Positions 37,311-46,546 of a stretch of 64,000 nt of DNA are shown in pieces (position 1 is the stretch's first letter; every line of letters begins with the position of its first letter). The DNA comes from Candidatus Woesearchaeota archaeon (GTDB taxonomy: Archaea; Nanobdellota; Nanobdellia; Pacearchaeales; GW2011-AR1), in contig CAZTVG010000001.1 in NCBI GenBank assembly GCA_964617015.1, forward strand, positions 46,584 to 110,583, given 5' to 3'. The notes beneath the pieces were generated by a model, which did no database searches, was not told the origin of the DNA, and was given only the letters and a program-made list of their open reading frames with translations. The position numbers and the translations under genes were made by a program.

Positions 37311-38633
37311 TCACCTTGTAAACCCAACTTTATCTAGTAATTCCTTACCCATAATCATTCCCAGAGTTCCTCTTCTCGCGTTTTTCTCACAAAACTTTTC
37401 TCCTTTTTCTTCAGAATTTTTTCTTGGGTAAAAAGGAATCTTCTGATTTGCGTATTCCAAAAATGAAGTAAAGCTGAACCTTCTTTTTGGAGAGGCATCA
37501 TTGTAAAATAGAACAGGAACAGGGTCTGAAGAATGTGTTTTAAGCTTGCATGGGGTTGAATGGTCTGCAGTAACAACAACCTTAATTTTGTTTGGAGGAG
37601 CAAATTTTCTCAAGAACTTGAAAAGAGTTTTATCCACGTACTCCAGCATTAATTTTTTTTCAACAGGCTTGTTGTCGTGTCCAGGCAGATCTGTTTCCTT
37701 TATATGGATGTAAGCATAATCAGTATTTTTATGGTTTTTTTTCAGAACTTTAATTGAAAAATTGCAAGCTTTTTCCAGACCTTCTCGAAGGTTTTCGTAT
37801 GAATCATGACTTTTCAATCTTGGATAATCAAAAGAAAAAACCTTCATTCCGCAGGCTCTTGAAAAGCCAATTTCAAGAGGCATATAAGCTACAGAAAGCC
37901 ATCTTTTGTAAAATTTTAACTTAGGGGCTTCAATTCCTGCCCCCCTCATAAGGAGACAGTTTGCAGGCAACAATCCTTTTTTTCTTCTCACTTCATTAAT
38001 TGGATGCTTGTCGAGAACATCAAAAGCTTTACTAACAAATTCTTTAAGAATATTTACTGTGTATTGTGTGTTTTCATCATCATCCAGAGCCTTAAAATTA
38101 CCTATCTTGTCTGCTCCCTTAGATTCTCCTTTTAAATATGCAAAATCATTTCCAGTAATATTGTCTGAAAATCCCCCCCTTAAAACCAAAACTGCACGAT
38201 GCTGGATTGTTGGCTTGAAAACAAATTTACACGGGATTTTTATTTTATTTAAAGCCTTGGCAAGAATTTCTGCTTCTGATGTTGTAAGAGTTCTTCCAGC
38301 TCTTCTGTCAAGGATTTTTTCCTTGTTCTGGGAATCTATGGTTGCAAAATTAACTCTTAATGCTAAATCCCCTCTCGTGAGTTTTATGTCTGTTCCTCTT
38401 GCCTCCAGTTGACCGCGCGTACTGTTAATTAAGTCATTCCCGAAAATAGAAACAATTGCCTCATCTGATCCTGGAACAAATCCCGGTCTTACAGGATACA
38501 TATATCCCATTTTTCCTCTTGTAGCCAAAAAATCCAGGTTAGGCATTTCGGCTGCTCCCAGAGGTGTTTTGTCTTGAAGTTGCCTCAATGGCAAATCAGC
38601 CATCCCGTCAAGAATCACAAGTATTCCTTTCAT
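37311..38633 (-). CDS. apgM: 2,3-bisphosphoglycerate-independent phosphoglycerate mutase, archaeal type
   Basis: ILDGMAD, KTPL.AA.PNLD, DRRAGR, HIKETD.PGHD, TADHSTP..HSSDPVP. Confidence 0.92.
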   Translation of the reverse strand: MKGILVILDGMADLPLRQLQDKTPLGAAEMPNLDFLATRGKMGYMYPVRPGFVPGSDEAIVSIFGNDLINSTRGQLEARGTDIKLTRGDLALRVNFATIDSQNKEKILDRRAGRTLTTSEAEILAKALNKIKIPCKFVFKPTIQHRAVLVLRGGFSDNITGNDFAYLKGESKGADKIGNFKALDDDENTQYTVNILKEFVSKAFDVLDKHPINEVRRKKGLLPANCLLMRGAGIEAPKLKFYKRWLSVAYMPLEIGFSRACGMKVFSFDYPRLKSHDSYENLREGLEKACNFSIKVLKKNHKNTDYAYIHIKETDLPGHDNKPVEKKLMLEYVDKTLFKFLRKFAPPNKIKVVVTADHSTPCKLKTHSSDPVPVLFYNDASPKRRFSFTSFLEYANQKIPFYPRKNSEEKGEKFCEKNARRGTLGMIMGKELLDKVGFTR

Positions 38634-38774
38634 TTGGATTCCTCCCGAAGACGAATGAATAAAAATCTTTGATTTGATTTCATTGAAACTAAGAAATATC
38701 CTTTCTTTATAAAAATTTATGTTCAATAACAAAAGATTAGTTAAGATTATAAATATCCTGCAATTTGGTAGGGT

Positions 38775-39797
38775 ATGTTCAAATTTTTAAAGGAAAAACT
38801 GGGAAGCTGGGTAAAAAAAATTTCTAGAGAAAAAGAAAAAGCTGAAAAAACAAAGTTAAAGGAAGTTAAAAAAATAATTATAAAACCTGAAAAAGAAAAA
38901 GGATTGGGAAAAGGAATTTTCAGAAGAATAAGTGAAAAGATAAGTAAAATAAAAATCTCCGAGAAAGAATTTGAAGTCTATAAAGAGGAATTAGGAATGC
39001 TTCTTCTGGAGAATAATGTGGCTTTTGAAGTTTCAGAGAAAATAATCAAGGAACTTGAAGAAAAAATTGTCGGGAAAGAACTTTTAAAGAAAGAAATAGA
39101 ATCAGAGATAAAAGAAGCTCTTAAGGAAATAATTGAAAATATCCTGATAAAGCCTTTTGATTTGGCTGAAAAAATAAAGGAAAAATCTCGAGATCAATCA
39201 AAAGAACCTTATGTTATTCTTTTTGTGGGAATAAACGGAACAGGAAAAACAACAACAGTAGCCAAAATTGCAGATTTTCTTAAAAAGAAAAAACTTCTGT
39301 GCGTAATTGCTGCTGCAGACACTTTTCGTGCTGCCAGTATAGAACAAATAAAAAAACACGGAGAAAGAATCAATGTGAAAGTTATTTCACAGCAGTATGG
39401 CTCAGACCCTGCGGCAGTAGGTTTTGATGCCATAAAATATGCCAAAAAAAATTTCATAAACTGTGTTTTAATTGACACAGCAGGTCGCATGCACACTTCA
39501 AAAAACCTTCTCAAAGAAATAGAAAAGATATCAAGAGTTTGCAGGCCTGATACAAAGATTTTTGTAGGGGAATCAATAACAGGAAATGACTCTGTGGAGC
39601 AGGCAAAAAGTTTTGACTGGTCAATCGGGATTGACGGCATTGTCTTAACAAAAGCCGATGTTGATGAAAGAGGCGGCACAGCTCTCTCTCTTGGTTATGT
39701 GACAAAAAAGCCGATTCTCTTCCTGGGAACAGGTCAGGAATATGACGATATTGAGGTTTTTGATAAAAAGAAATTTGTCAAGGAATTAGGGTTATAA
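38775..39797 (+). CDS. ftsY: Signal recognition particle receptor FtsY
   Basis: GINGTGKTTT, DTFRAA, DTAGR, TKAD..GG. Confidence 0.96.
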   Translation: MFKFLKEKLGSWVKKISREKEKAEKTKLKEVKKIIIKPEKEKGLGKGIFRRISEKISKIKISEKEFEVYKEELGMLLLENNVAFEVSEKIIKELEEKIVGKELLKKEIESEIKEALKEIIENILIKPFDLAEKIKEKSRDQSKEPYVILFVGINGTGKTTTVAKIADFLKKKKLLCVIAAADTFRAASIEQIKKHGERINVKVISQQYGSDPAAVGFDAIKYAKKNFINCVLIDTAGRMHTSKNLLKEIEKISRVCRPDTKIFVGESITGNDSVEQAKSFDWSIGIDGIVLTKADVDERGGTALSLGYVTKKPILFLGTGQEYDDIEVFDKKKFVKELGL

Positions 39798-39808
39798 GTT
39801 ACTTCTCA

Positions 39809-40423
39809 TCATTCTCCCCAAGTTTCCTTAAGAAAATCCTCTCTGCCGGAGCCTTTCCTATAAGCCTTGTAATCCAGAATTCTTTTTTTGTAATAGTCTT
39901 GATGATATTCTTCTGCTTCATAAAAAGCTGAAACAGGAATAATCTCTGTGACTATTGGCCTATCAAATTTCCCTGAATCTCCTAACTGCTTCTTTGATTT
40001 TTCCGCAGTTTTTCTTTGATTTTCATCATGATAGAAAATTGCTGTCAGATATTGTGCACCACGGTCTGCAAACTGTCCCCCTGAATCAGTCGGGTCAATC
40101 TGCCTCCAGAAAACCTCAACAAGTTCTTCATAGGAAATTTTTGAAGGATTGTAAATTACCCTCACTGTTTCCAGATGCCCTGTCTTGCCGGAAGAAACTT
40201 CTTCATAAGTCGGATTTTCTTCTTCCCCTCCAGAATAACCTGAAACAACACTAATCACACCGTCAAGTTCTTGGTAAGCAGCCTCCATACACCAAAAGCA
40301 ACCACCTGCAAAAGTCGCTTCTTTCAATTCTTCATCCAAATGCATGTCTGCTTTTGTCACCTTTGTGTAAACTCCAAAAACAGCCAGTAATAAAAAAATT
40401 CCAATTATAAAATATTTCATCAT
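39809..40423 (-). CDS. msrA: Peptide-methionine (S)-S-oxide reductase with N-terminal signal/TM
   Basis: FAGGCFWC, GYSGG, AEEYHQDYY. Confidence 0.95.
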   Translation of the reverse strand: MMKYFIIGIFLLLAVFGVYTKVTKADMHLDEELKEATFAGGCFWCMEAAYQELDGVISVVSGYSGGEEENPTYEEVSSGKTGHLETVRVIYNPSKISYEELVEVFWRQIDPTDSGGQFADRGAQYLTAIFYHDENQRKTAEKSKKQLGDSGKFDRPIVTEIIPVSAFYEAEEYHQDYYKKRILDYKAYRKGSGREDFLKETWGE

Positions 40424-40556
40424 CCAACCAAGAATTATGCATTTAAATTATTTCCGAACCACAACTTTATTAACTATTATTATATTTCTAAAAATAGGTT
40501 TTAGTTCTCGCAATGTGGGTGTTTAGAGACTTCGTTGCGGGGGAGTAATCACAAAA

Positions 40557-41924
40557 ATGCTTGAAAAACTTTCCGAGATTTTAAGAAAAGCCACTGATAA
40601 AATAGCAAATGCCATATTTCTTGATAAAAATCTCGTGGACTCAATAATAAAGGATTTGCAGAGGGCGTTAATAGAAGCCGATGTAAATATTCTTATGGTC
40701 AAAGAATTAAGTGACAGGATAAGAAAATCTGCTCTTGATGAAAGAATAAAGGGTCTGAAAAAGAAAGAGCATATCATAAAGCTGTTACATGATGAAATTT
40801 CAGGAATCTTGGGAGAACACAGGCAATTAAAATTGCAGAAAAAGCAAAATAGAATCATGTTTATTGGTTTATATGGTGCAGGAAAAACAACAACAGTAGC
40901 AAAACTGGGAAATTACTTCTCCAAAAGAGGAAATAAGGTGGCCCTTGTTGGTTTGGATACACACAGACTTGCTGCACCAGAGCAGTTAAAACAACTTGCA
41001 GAAAAACACAAGCTGTCTTACTTTGTAGAAATTGATGGAAAAAACCCCTTGAAAATCTGGAAAAAATACGGAAAAAAACTCAAGGATTTCAACGTTGTTC
41101 TCATAGACACCGCAGGACGCCACACCCTGGACAAAGAGCTTATCAGTGAAATAAAAGACTTAAACAAGGAAATTAAGCCAACAGAAATAATTCTCGTAAT
41201 GCCTGCAGACATCGGTCAGGCTGCAAAAAAGCAAACCAAGGAATTCAAAGAAGCTGTTGACATTTCAGGGGTCATAATCACCAGGATGGATTCCACTGCA
41301 AGGGGTGGCGGAGCTTTAACAGCTTGCGCAGAAACAAAAGCAGGCGTGTATTTCATAACAACAGGGGAAAAAATTAATGACATAGAAGAATTCAATCCAA
41401 AGTCCTTTTTGTCAAGACTCCTTGGAATGGGTGACCTTGAAACCCTCATGGAAAAAATAAGGTCTGTAACAAATCAGGATGAGCAGGAAAAAGTTAAGAA
41501 AAGAATTGAAGAAGGAAAACTCTCCCTGGAAGACGTGATTGAACAGGTAAAGTCGATGAATTCCCTGGGTGGGTTTGAAAAAATAAAGTCAATGATTCCA
41601 GGTCTTGGAAAAGCGAAAATTCCTGAAAATCTTCTCGAAAGCCAGGAAGCAAAAATCTCCAAATGGGAGCATATTGTAAAATCCATGACTCCTGAAGAAA
41701 GGGAAAATCCCGAACTGCTTGAAAAACAAACCTCCAGAATATCAAGAACTGCAAAAGGGGCAGGAGTTCATAACAGTGATATTCGTGCGTTACTGAAACA
41801 GTACAAGCTCTTAAATGAAATGCTCAAGTCAGGCAAAGACATGGATATCTCAGGAGGTTTAAGCCAGAAACAACTCCAGAAACTTGCCAAGAAATTCGGA
41901 AAAGTAAAAAAAATCAGGTTTTAG
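40557..41924 (+). CDS. srp54: Signal recognition particle protein SRP54
   Basis: GLYGAGKTTT, DTAGRH, LLGMGDL, M-domain SMTPEERENP. Confidence 0.96.
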   Translation: MLEKLSEILRKATDKIANAIFLDKNLVDSIIKDLQRALIEADVNILMVKELSDRIRKSALDERIKGLKKKEHIIKLLHDEISGILGEHRQLKLQKKQNRIMFIGLYGAGKTTTVAKLGNYFSKRGNKVALVGLDTHRLAAPEQLKQLAEKHKLSYFVEIDGKNPLKIWKKYGKKLKDFNVVLIDTAGRHTLDKELISEIKDLNKEIKPTEIILVMPADIGQAAKKQTKEFKEAVDISGVIITRMDSTARGGGALTACAETKAGVYFITTGEKINDIEEFNPKSFLSRLLGMGDLETLMEKIRSVTNQDEQEKVKKRIEEGKLSLEDVIEQVKSMNSLGGFEKIKSMIPGLGKAKIPENLLESQEAKISKWEHIVKSMTPEERENPELLEKQTSRISRTAKGAGVHNSDIRALLKQYKLLNEMLKSGKDMDISGGLSQKQLQKLAKKFGKVKKIRF

Positions 41925-41929
41925 TTAAA

Positions 41930-42517
41930 ATGGTGCCACAAATAGAATTTAGATATTCTAACATTTATGATGAACGTTTCAAGAAACACAGAAAATCTAA
42001 AATGGCTTCTAAAAGGAAGTTTACAGAAAAAACCATTAAAATTTATATAAAAAATCTAGAAAAAGAATGGGGCAAGAATGGTGATAGAATATTACTAGAA
42101 TTAGAGAAACTTACAAGGTTAAGGTGGCATGAGCAAAAGATTATATGTTATGTTGTGGAAAACACAATACCATTTTCAGATCCGTTAACTATACCATTTT
42201 ATGACAAAGTTGATTTTGCAATTGACATGTTAACTCATGAATTAATTCATCAGATTTACACACAAGGAAATAATCTTAAAAAATGTAAAAAGGCATGGAA
42301 TCATTTATTTAAAAAATATAAAAAAGATACCTGGAATACGGTAATCCACATTCCCCTACATGCAGTTCATTCATCAGTTTACCTTAAATTCTTTGGAAAA
42401 AATAGGCTAGAAAGAAACATTAAACTATTCAAAGATTTGCCTGATTACGCTCGTTCCTGGAAAATAGTACAAAAAGAAGGTTATAAAAATATAATAAATG
42501 AATTTAAAAAAGAGTAA
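41930..42517 (+). CDS. Hypothetical protein with HExxH (zincin-like) motif
   Basis: PFSDPLT, LTHELIH. Confidence 0.6.
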   Translation: MVPQIEFRYSNIYDERFKKHRKSKMASKRKFTEKTIKIYIKNLEKEWGKNGDRILLELEKLTRLRWHEQKIICYVVENTIPFSDPLTIPFYDKVDFAIDMLTHELIHQIYTQGNNLKKCKKAWNHLFKKYKKDTWNTVIHIPLHAVHSSVYLKFFGKNRLERNIKLFKDLPDYARSWKIVQKEGYKNIINEFKKE

Positions 42518-42518
42518 A

Positions 42519-43070
42519 ATGAAAAAGGTTTTCTTAATTCACGGGTGGGGTGGCAGTTCTTCAAGTGAGCCATGGCTTGATTGGCTTAAAGAAGAGCTGA
42601 GAAGAAAAGGTTTTGAGGTTACTGCTTTTGATATGCCGAATACAGACGAACCAAAAATAGAGGAATGGGTCGGATATTTAAGAAAGAACGTCGGGAGAGT
42701 TGATGAAAAAACTTATTTTGTTGGGCATAGTATAGGGTGCCAAACGATTCTAAGATATCTAGAGAAATTACATAAAAATAAAAAAATTGCTGGTTGTGTT
42801 TTTATTGCGCCATGGCTTGATCTGATTAATCAAGAACCAGAGGAACTTGAGATTGCCCATCCTTGGATAAACACAAAAATTGACTTTGGAAGAATTTTAA
42901 GCCATTGTGACAATTTCTTGGCCATTTTTTCAAGCGACGATCCTTGTGTGCATCTAAATGAATCTGAAAAATTCAGAAAAAACCTGGGGGCAAAAATAAT
43001 CATAAAAAAGAACGAGGAGCACTTTAATGATACGGAAAAAATTTATGAAATTTTAGAATTCATAAAATGA
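42519..43070 (+). CDS. YdeN/RBBP9-like alpha/beta hydrolase
   Basis: IHGWGG, GHSIG, SSDDP, EHF. Confidence 0.9.
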   Translation: MKKVFLIHGWGGSSSSEPWLDWLKEELRRKGFEVTAFDMPNTDEPKIEEWVGYLRKNVGRVDEKTYFVGHSIGCQTILRYLEKLHKNKKIAGCVFIAPWLDLINQEPEELEIAHPWINTKIDFGRILSHCDNFLAIFSSDDPCVHLNESEKFRKNLGAKIIIKKNEEHFNDTEKIYEILEFIK

Positions 43071-43459
43071 AATACAAAATTCTTTTGATATTATTTTTAA
43101 TTGCATTGGGAAGTTCTTTGATTCTTTCATTGATTCCTTTGTCCCAGATTTGTGATCCTGGAAAAGGGTGTGATGTTGTTCAGCACTCCAAGTATAATTA
43201 CACTTTCGGAATAAAAAACAGCTATTTTGGAGTTGCAATATTCGCTCTGGGTGTATTTTTAATCTTCTCCCATATTCATCATCCAACAAAAATTAAAAAA
43301 AATCTCATACATCTTGCTGTGATAACAGGGGTGATTATTGCCTTATACTTTATTTATTTGCAAAGTTTTGTTTTAAATGCCTATTGTAAATACTGCATGG
43401 TTGTTGACTTAAGTTTGCTGGCTGCTCTTATTTTAATAATTTTTAAATGGAAAGAGTGA
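43067..43459 (+). CDS. Vitamin K epoxide reductase (VKOR) family protein
   Basis: CDPGKGCDVVQHSKY, four TMs, CKYC. Confidence 0.88.
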   Translation: MKYKILLILFLIALGSSLILSLIPLSQICDPGKGCDVVQHSKYNYTFGIKNSYFGVAIFALGVFLIFSHIHHPTKIKKNLIHLAVITGVIIALYFIYLQSFVLNAYCKYCMVVDLSLLAALILIIFKWKE

Positions 43460-43460
43460 A

Positions 43461-44102
43461 ATGAAACAAAAAATTCTTCAGATAGGGGCTGAGGCAGTAA
43501 TCTTGAAAAAAAATAAGGATGTAATAAAAAGACGTGTCAAAAAATCCTACAGGTTTAAAGAACTTGATGACAAAATAAGAAAGCGAAGGACGCGTTCAGA
43601 AGCAAAACTTCTTGACAAAGCTTCAAAATTTATACCTATCCCCAAAATAAAAAAAGTTGATGATGAATCCAAAGAAATCATCATGGAATTTATTCAAGGC
43701 AAAAAGCTTTCAGAGCATCTCGAGATTTTTTCTCTGGAAAAGCAAAAGGAAATCTGCAGACAAATAGGTAAAAATATCTCAAGGATTCACAATAATGAGA
43801 TAATTCACGGTGACCTGACAACATCAAATATGATTTTAGTTGACGGTAAAAAATCAAAGGACAAAGACAAATTCAAAATCTATTTCATAGATTTTGGGCT
43901 GGGTTTCATAAGCTATAGGACTGAGGACAAAGCAGTGGATTTGCATTTGTTAAGACAGGCTCTTGAAGCAAGGCATTTCAAAAACTGGAATGCTCTTTTT
44001 GCAGAAGTCCTTAAAGGATATTCAAATTCAAAAGATTATGAAGCTGTTCTTGAGAGGCTTAAAAAAGTTGAAAAAAGAGGACGTTATAAAGAAAAATACT
44101 AA
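43461..44102 (+). CDS. bud32: KEOPS complex kinase Bud32
   Basis: GAEA, K.R..K.YR, HGDLTTSN, IDFGLG, RGRY C-terminus. Confidence 0.95.
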   Translation: MKQKILQIGAEAVILKKNKDVIKRRVKKSYRFKELDDKIRKRRTRSEAKLLDKASKFIPIPKIKKVDDESKEIIMEFIQGKKLSEHLEIFSLEKQKEICRQIGKNISRIHNNEIIHGDLTTSNMILVDGKKSKDKDKFKIYFIDFGLGFISYRTEDKAVDLHLLRQALEARHFKNWNALFAEVLKGYSNSKDYEAVLERLKKVEKRGRYKEKY

Positions 44103-44204
44103 AACGTCCTATGTTTCCTTCACAAGTTTAGCAAAAAAGGAGATACAATGAGGTATTAGTATCAATGAAAACCCTTATAAATCATATCCAGTTTTTCTGA
44201 ACAA

Positions 44205-44277
44205 AGCCCTGTAGTACAGCGGTCAAGTATACGGCCCCTTGGAGGCTGGGACCCAGGTTCGAATCCTGGCAGGGCTA
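44205..44277 (+). tRNA. tRNA-Gln(TTG) with C33
   Basis: A1-T72 acceptor AGCCCTG/CAGGGCT (archaeal Gln), CGGCC-CCTTGGA-GGCTG. Confidence 0.88.
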
Positions 44278-44288
44278 TTTTTAGTAAA

Positions 44289-44840
44289 ATGCTACATAAA
44301 AAACAAAGCTATGTTTCAGAAATTGCTGAAGAACTGGAAATTGAACTAAAAATACTTTATCATCAAAGACCAACAATTTCATGTGGGGAAAAACTAGGGC
44401 TTCTTAGGGAAAATTCACAATTCAAAGATTGGACACTTGATAGAATAGTAAAAGCTTTGTATTTTCACAGAAACAATCAGTCTTATATAGGGTTCATAAC
44501 TCCAGAATTTGGGGGAAATGTCGAACCTAAAGAAATATTTCCTGAAGTTCTTAAAATTTCCCGTAGTGGTGCAGAAAGATATTGGATTAATCCAAGTCAT
44601 GTTCCCATGGGAATGAGCTGGGGAACGTGCACTCCTTTTCCTTTGCCCTTTAGTGTTGGAGGAGAGATTAGGGATATAATAATTCTAGATTATCCTCAGA
44701 TAAATGATAAATTAGTAGATATTTCAATCGGTGGAACAGGGATAGAATCTTTTAAAACTTCTATGCATTTGCCTTACAAATCAATATATGAAATTTTAAG
44801 TAGAAAGTTTGGAGATAGAATTCACCTTTATCAGTGTTAA
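44289..44840 (+). CDS. Hypothetical protein, possibly YbaK/ProX editing-domain fold
   Basis: IVKALYF and GMSWGTCTPF resemble YbaK motifs. Confidence 0.45.
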   Translation: MLHKKQSYVSEIAEELEIELKILYHQRPTISCGEKLGLLRENSQFKDWTLDRIVKALYFHRNNQSYIGFITPEFGGNVEPKEIFPEVLKISRSGAERYWINPSHVPMGMSWGTCTPFPLPFSVGGEIRDIIILDYPQINDKLVDISIGGTGIESFKTSMHLPYKSIYEILSRKFGDRIHLYQC

Positions 44841-45238
44841 TTTGGTTCAGTAAGAATATTAACTATATCTTGTGGGGAATCTACTAATTGTAAAAGAGAT
44901 TTACCATGAGGATTAGACAAATCTTTTATTTGTAAATTACCATTAACCCCAGCATACCCTCTTGCAAAAGTTTGTGCTAATTTTAAAATCTTGATAGAGG
45001 CATTTTCTACATTTGATCTAACAGTTTTATTATCTTGGTCAGATCTTCTACCATAATCACACACACCTAAAACAGAATTCTCTATTCCATCCATCAAAAC
45101 AAAATGATCATCAATAATCAAAGCATGAAATTCATATACTCTTTCTCCATCATGGAGTATTTCATAAGAATTCACGAAATTTCTATCTGCAATTCTTCTT
45201 ATCTCTACGCCTTCAGTTTTTTTATCCATTTTAACCAT
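44837..45238 (-). CDS. Hypothetical protein
   Basis: ORF convergent with the previous gene; no motif recognised. Confidence 0.5.
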   Translation of the reverse strand: MVKMDKKTEGVEIRRIADRNFVNSYEILHDGERVYEFHALIIDDHFVLMDGIENSVLGVCDYGRRSDQDNKTVRSNVENASIKILKLAQTFARGYAGVNGNLQIKDLSNPHGKSLLQLVDSPQDIVNILTEPN

Positions 45239-45288
45239 AGAAGGAAGATTAAGGTTTAAAAATTTTCTGGTGATGTCTTGCACAAAAA

Positions 45289-46083
45289 CTACTTAAAAAC
45301 CCTGTCATAAAAAATCACTCTGTTGATTTCCTGTTTTTTTGGAATAAACATTCGAAAGAAATTTCCGAGTTTTGTCTGTTTATATTTTTGTCCTATCATT
45401 GCTGCGGCAAGTTTCTTAAATTCCTCGCTCCCTTCAGATTTTGGTTTATGCATTGTAAGGGGTTCCATAATTGAAAGAGCCTTGAGAACATTCACGTCAT
45501 AAGGAATAACCGCAAGAACAGGCACTTCAAGGGTTTCTTCAATATCCTCCAGAGGAATCTCAAAATTTTTATTATGTACCTTATTGAGGATAATCCCTGT
45601 TACAGGGGTTCCTCTTTGTTTTGACAGTTTTACAGCCTTCATTGTTGCGCTTAGCGTTGGATGGTCTGGCGTTGTAACAACAAAAACTTCATCAGAAGCA
45701 AGTATAACGGCAAGGGTTTCTACATCAAGAGAAGGTGAAGAATCAATAAGAATGATGTCATAAATTCTCTTTAGTCCTTTGATTTTATCTTTAAGTTTCA
45801 GTGGACTGGATTCCAGTTTTTCAAAAATAGATGCAGGCATTACATGAAATCCTTCATATTCATAAATCGCATCTTTTGCATGCGCTGTCCTGTTTAAAAC
45901 ATGATGAAGGGTTTTTTCAGGATCCATAATGTTCAGATGCAGACCGAGTGACGGAGAAAAAATATTTCCGTCAATTAAAAGCACTTTGATTCCAAACTCA
46001 GAAAGTGCAGCACCAAGAGAAACAACAATAGTGGTTTTTCCCACACCCCCTTTTAAGCTTATTATGCCTATGGTTTTCCCCAT
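45289..46083 (-). CDS. minD: MinD/ParA family ATPase
   Basis: KGGVGKTT deviant Walker A, IDSSP, VVTTPD. Confidence 0.88.
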   Translation of the reverse strand: MGKTIGIISLKGGVGKTTIVVSLGAALSEFGIKVLLIDGNIFSPSLGLHLNIMDPEKTLHHVLNRTAHAKDAIYEYEGFHVMPASIFEKLESSPLKLKDKIKGLKRIYDIILIDSSPSLDVETLAVILASDEVFVVTTPDHPTLSATMKAVKLSKQRGTPVTGIILNKVHNKNFEIPLEDIEETLEVPVLAVIPYDVNVLKALSIMEPLTMHKPKSEGSEEFKKLAAAMIGQKYKQTKLGNFFRMFIPKKQEINRVIFYDRVFK

Positions 46084-46167
46084 AAAGATAATAAAATTTT
46101 AACATTTAAATATCTTTTACATTTAATGCATACAAAAATTTAAAAACAAACTCCTTCATTTAATAAA

Positions 46168-46515
46168 ATGCCAAAAAAATCAGAAAGCAGAAAAGAAGAT
46201 GTATACAAAAAATTATCTCAGGCAGAATTTGAAAAAAAAGTTCTTGAATTGGAAAATAAAGGATTAACAAGTGAAAAAATCGGGGAGGAACTAAGAAAGC
46301 AGGGAATTCATCCTAAAGAATACGGTAAAAAAATATCCAGAATACTTAAAGAAAAAGGAAAATATATTGTTCCTGACATAAAAAATGTTGAAATAAAGCT
46401 CAAGAAAGTGGGAGAGCATTATGAAAAGCACAAACAAGACAAAAGATCGATAAGGGAAAAAACCAGGATATTTGCGAAATTGAGAAAACTTAAAAAATAT
46501 CATAAGATAGGTTGA
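46168..46515 (+). CDS. rps15: 30S ribosomal protein S15 (uS15), short form
   Basis: GLTSEKIGEELR, KISRILKE, HKQDK, AKLRKLKKY. Confidence 0.85.
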   Translation: MPKKSESRKEDVYKKLSQAEFEKKVLELENKGLTSEKIGEELRKQGIHPKEYGKKISRILKEKGKYIVPDIKNVEIKLKKVGEHYEKHKQDKRSIREKTRIFAKLRKLKKYHKIG

Positions 46516-46546
46516 CTTAATTTAAATTAAGAAGAGAGGTAAGTCT

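Noticed and set aside
40430..40556. SRP (7S) RNA gene near srp54
   Set aside because: Region too short and AT-rich; helix-8 motif absent
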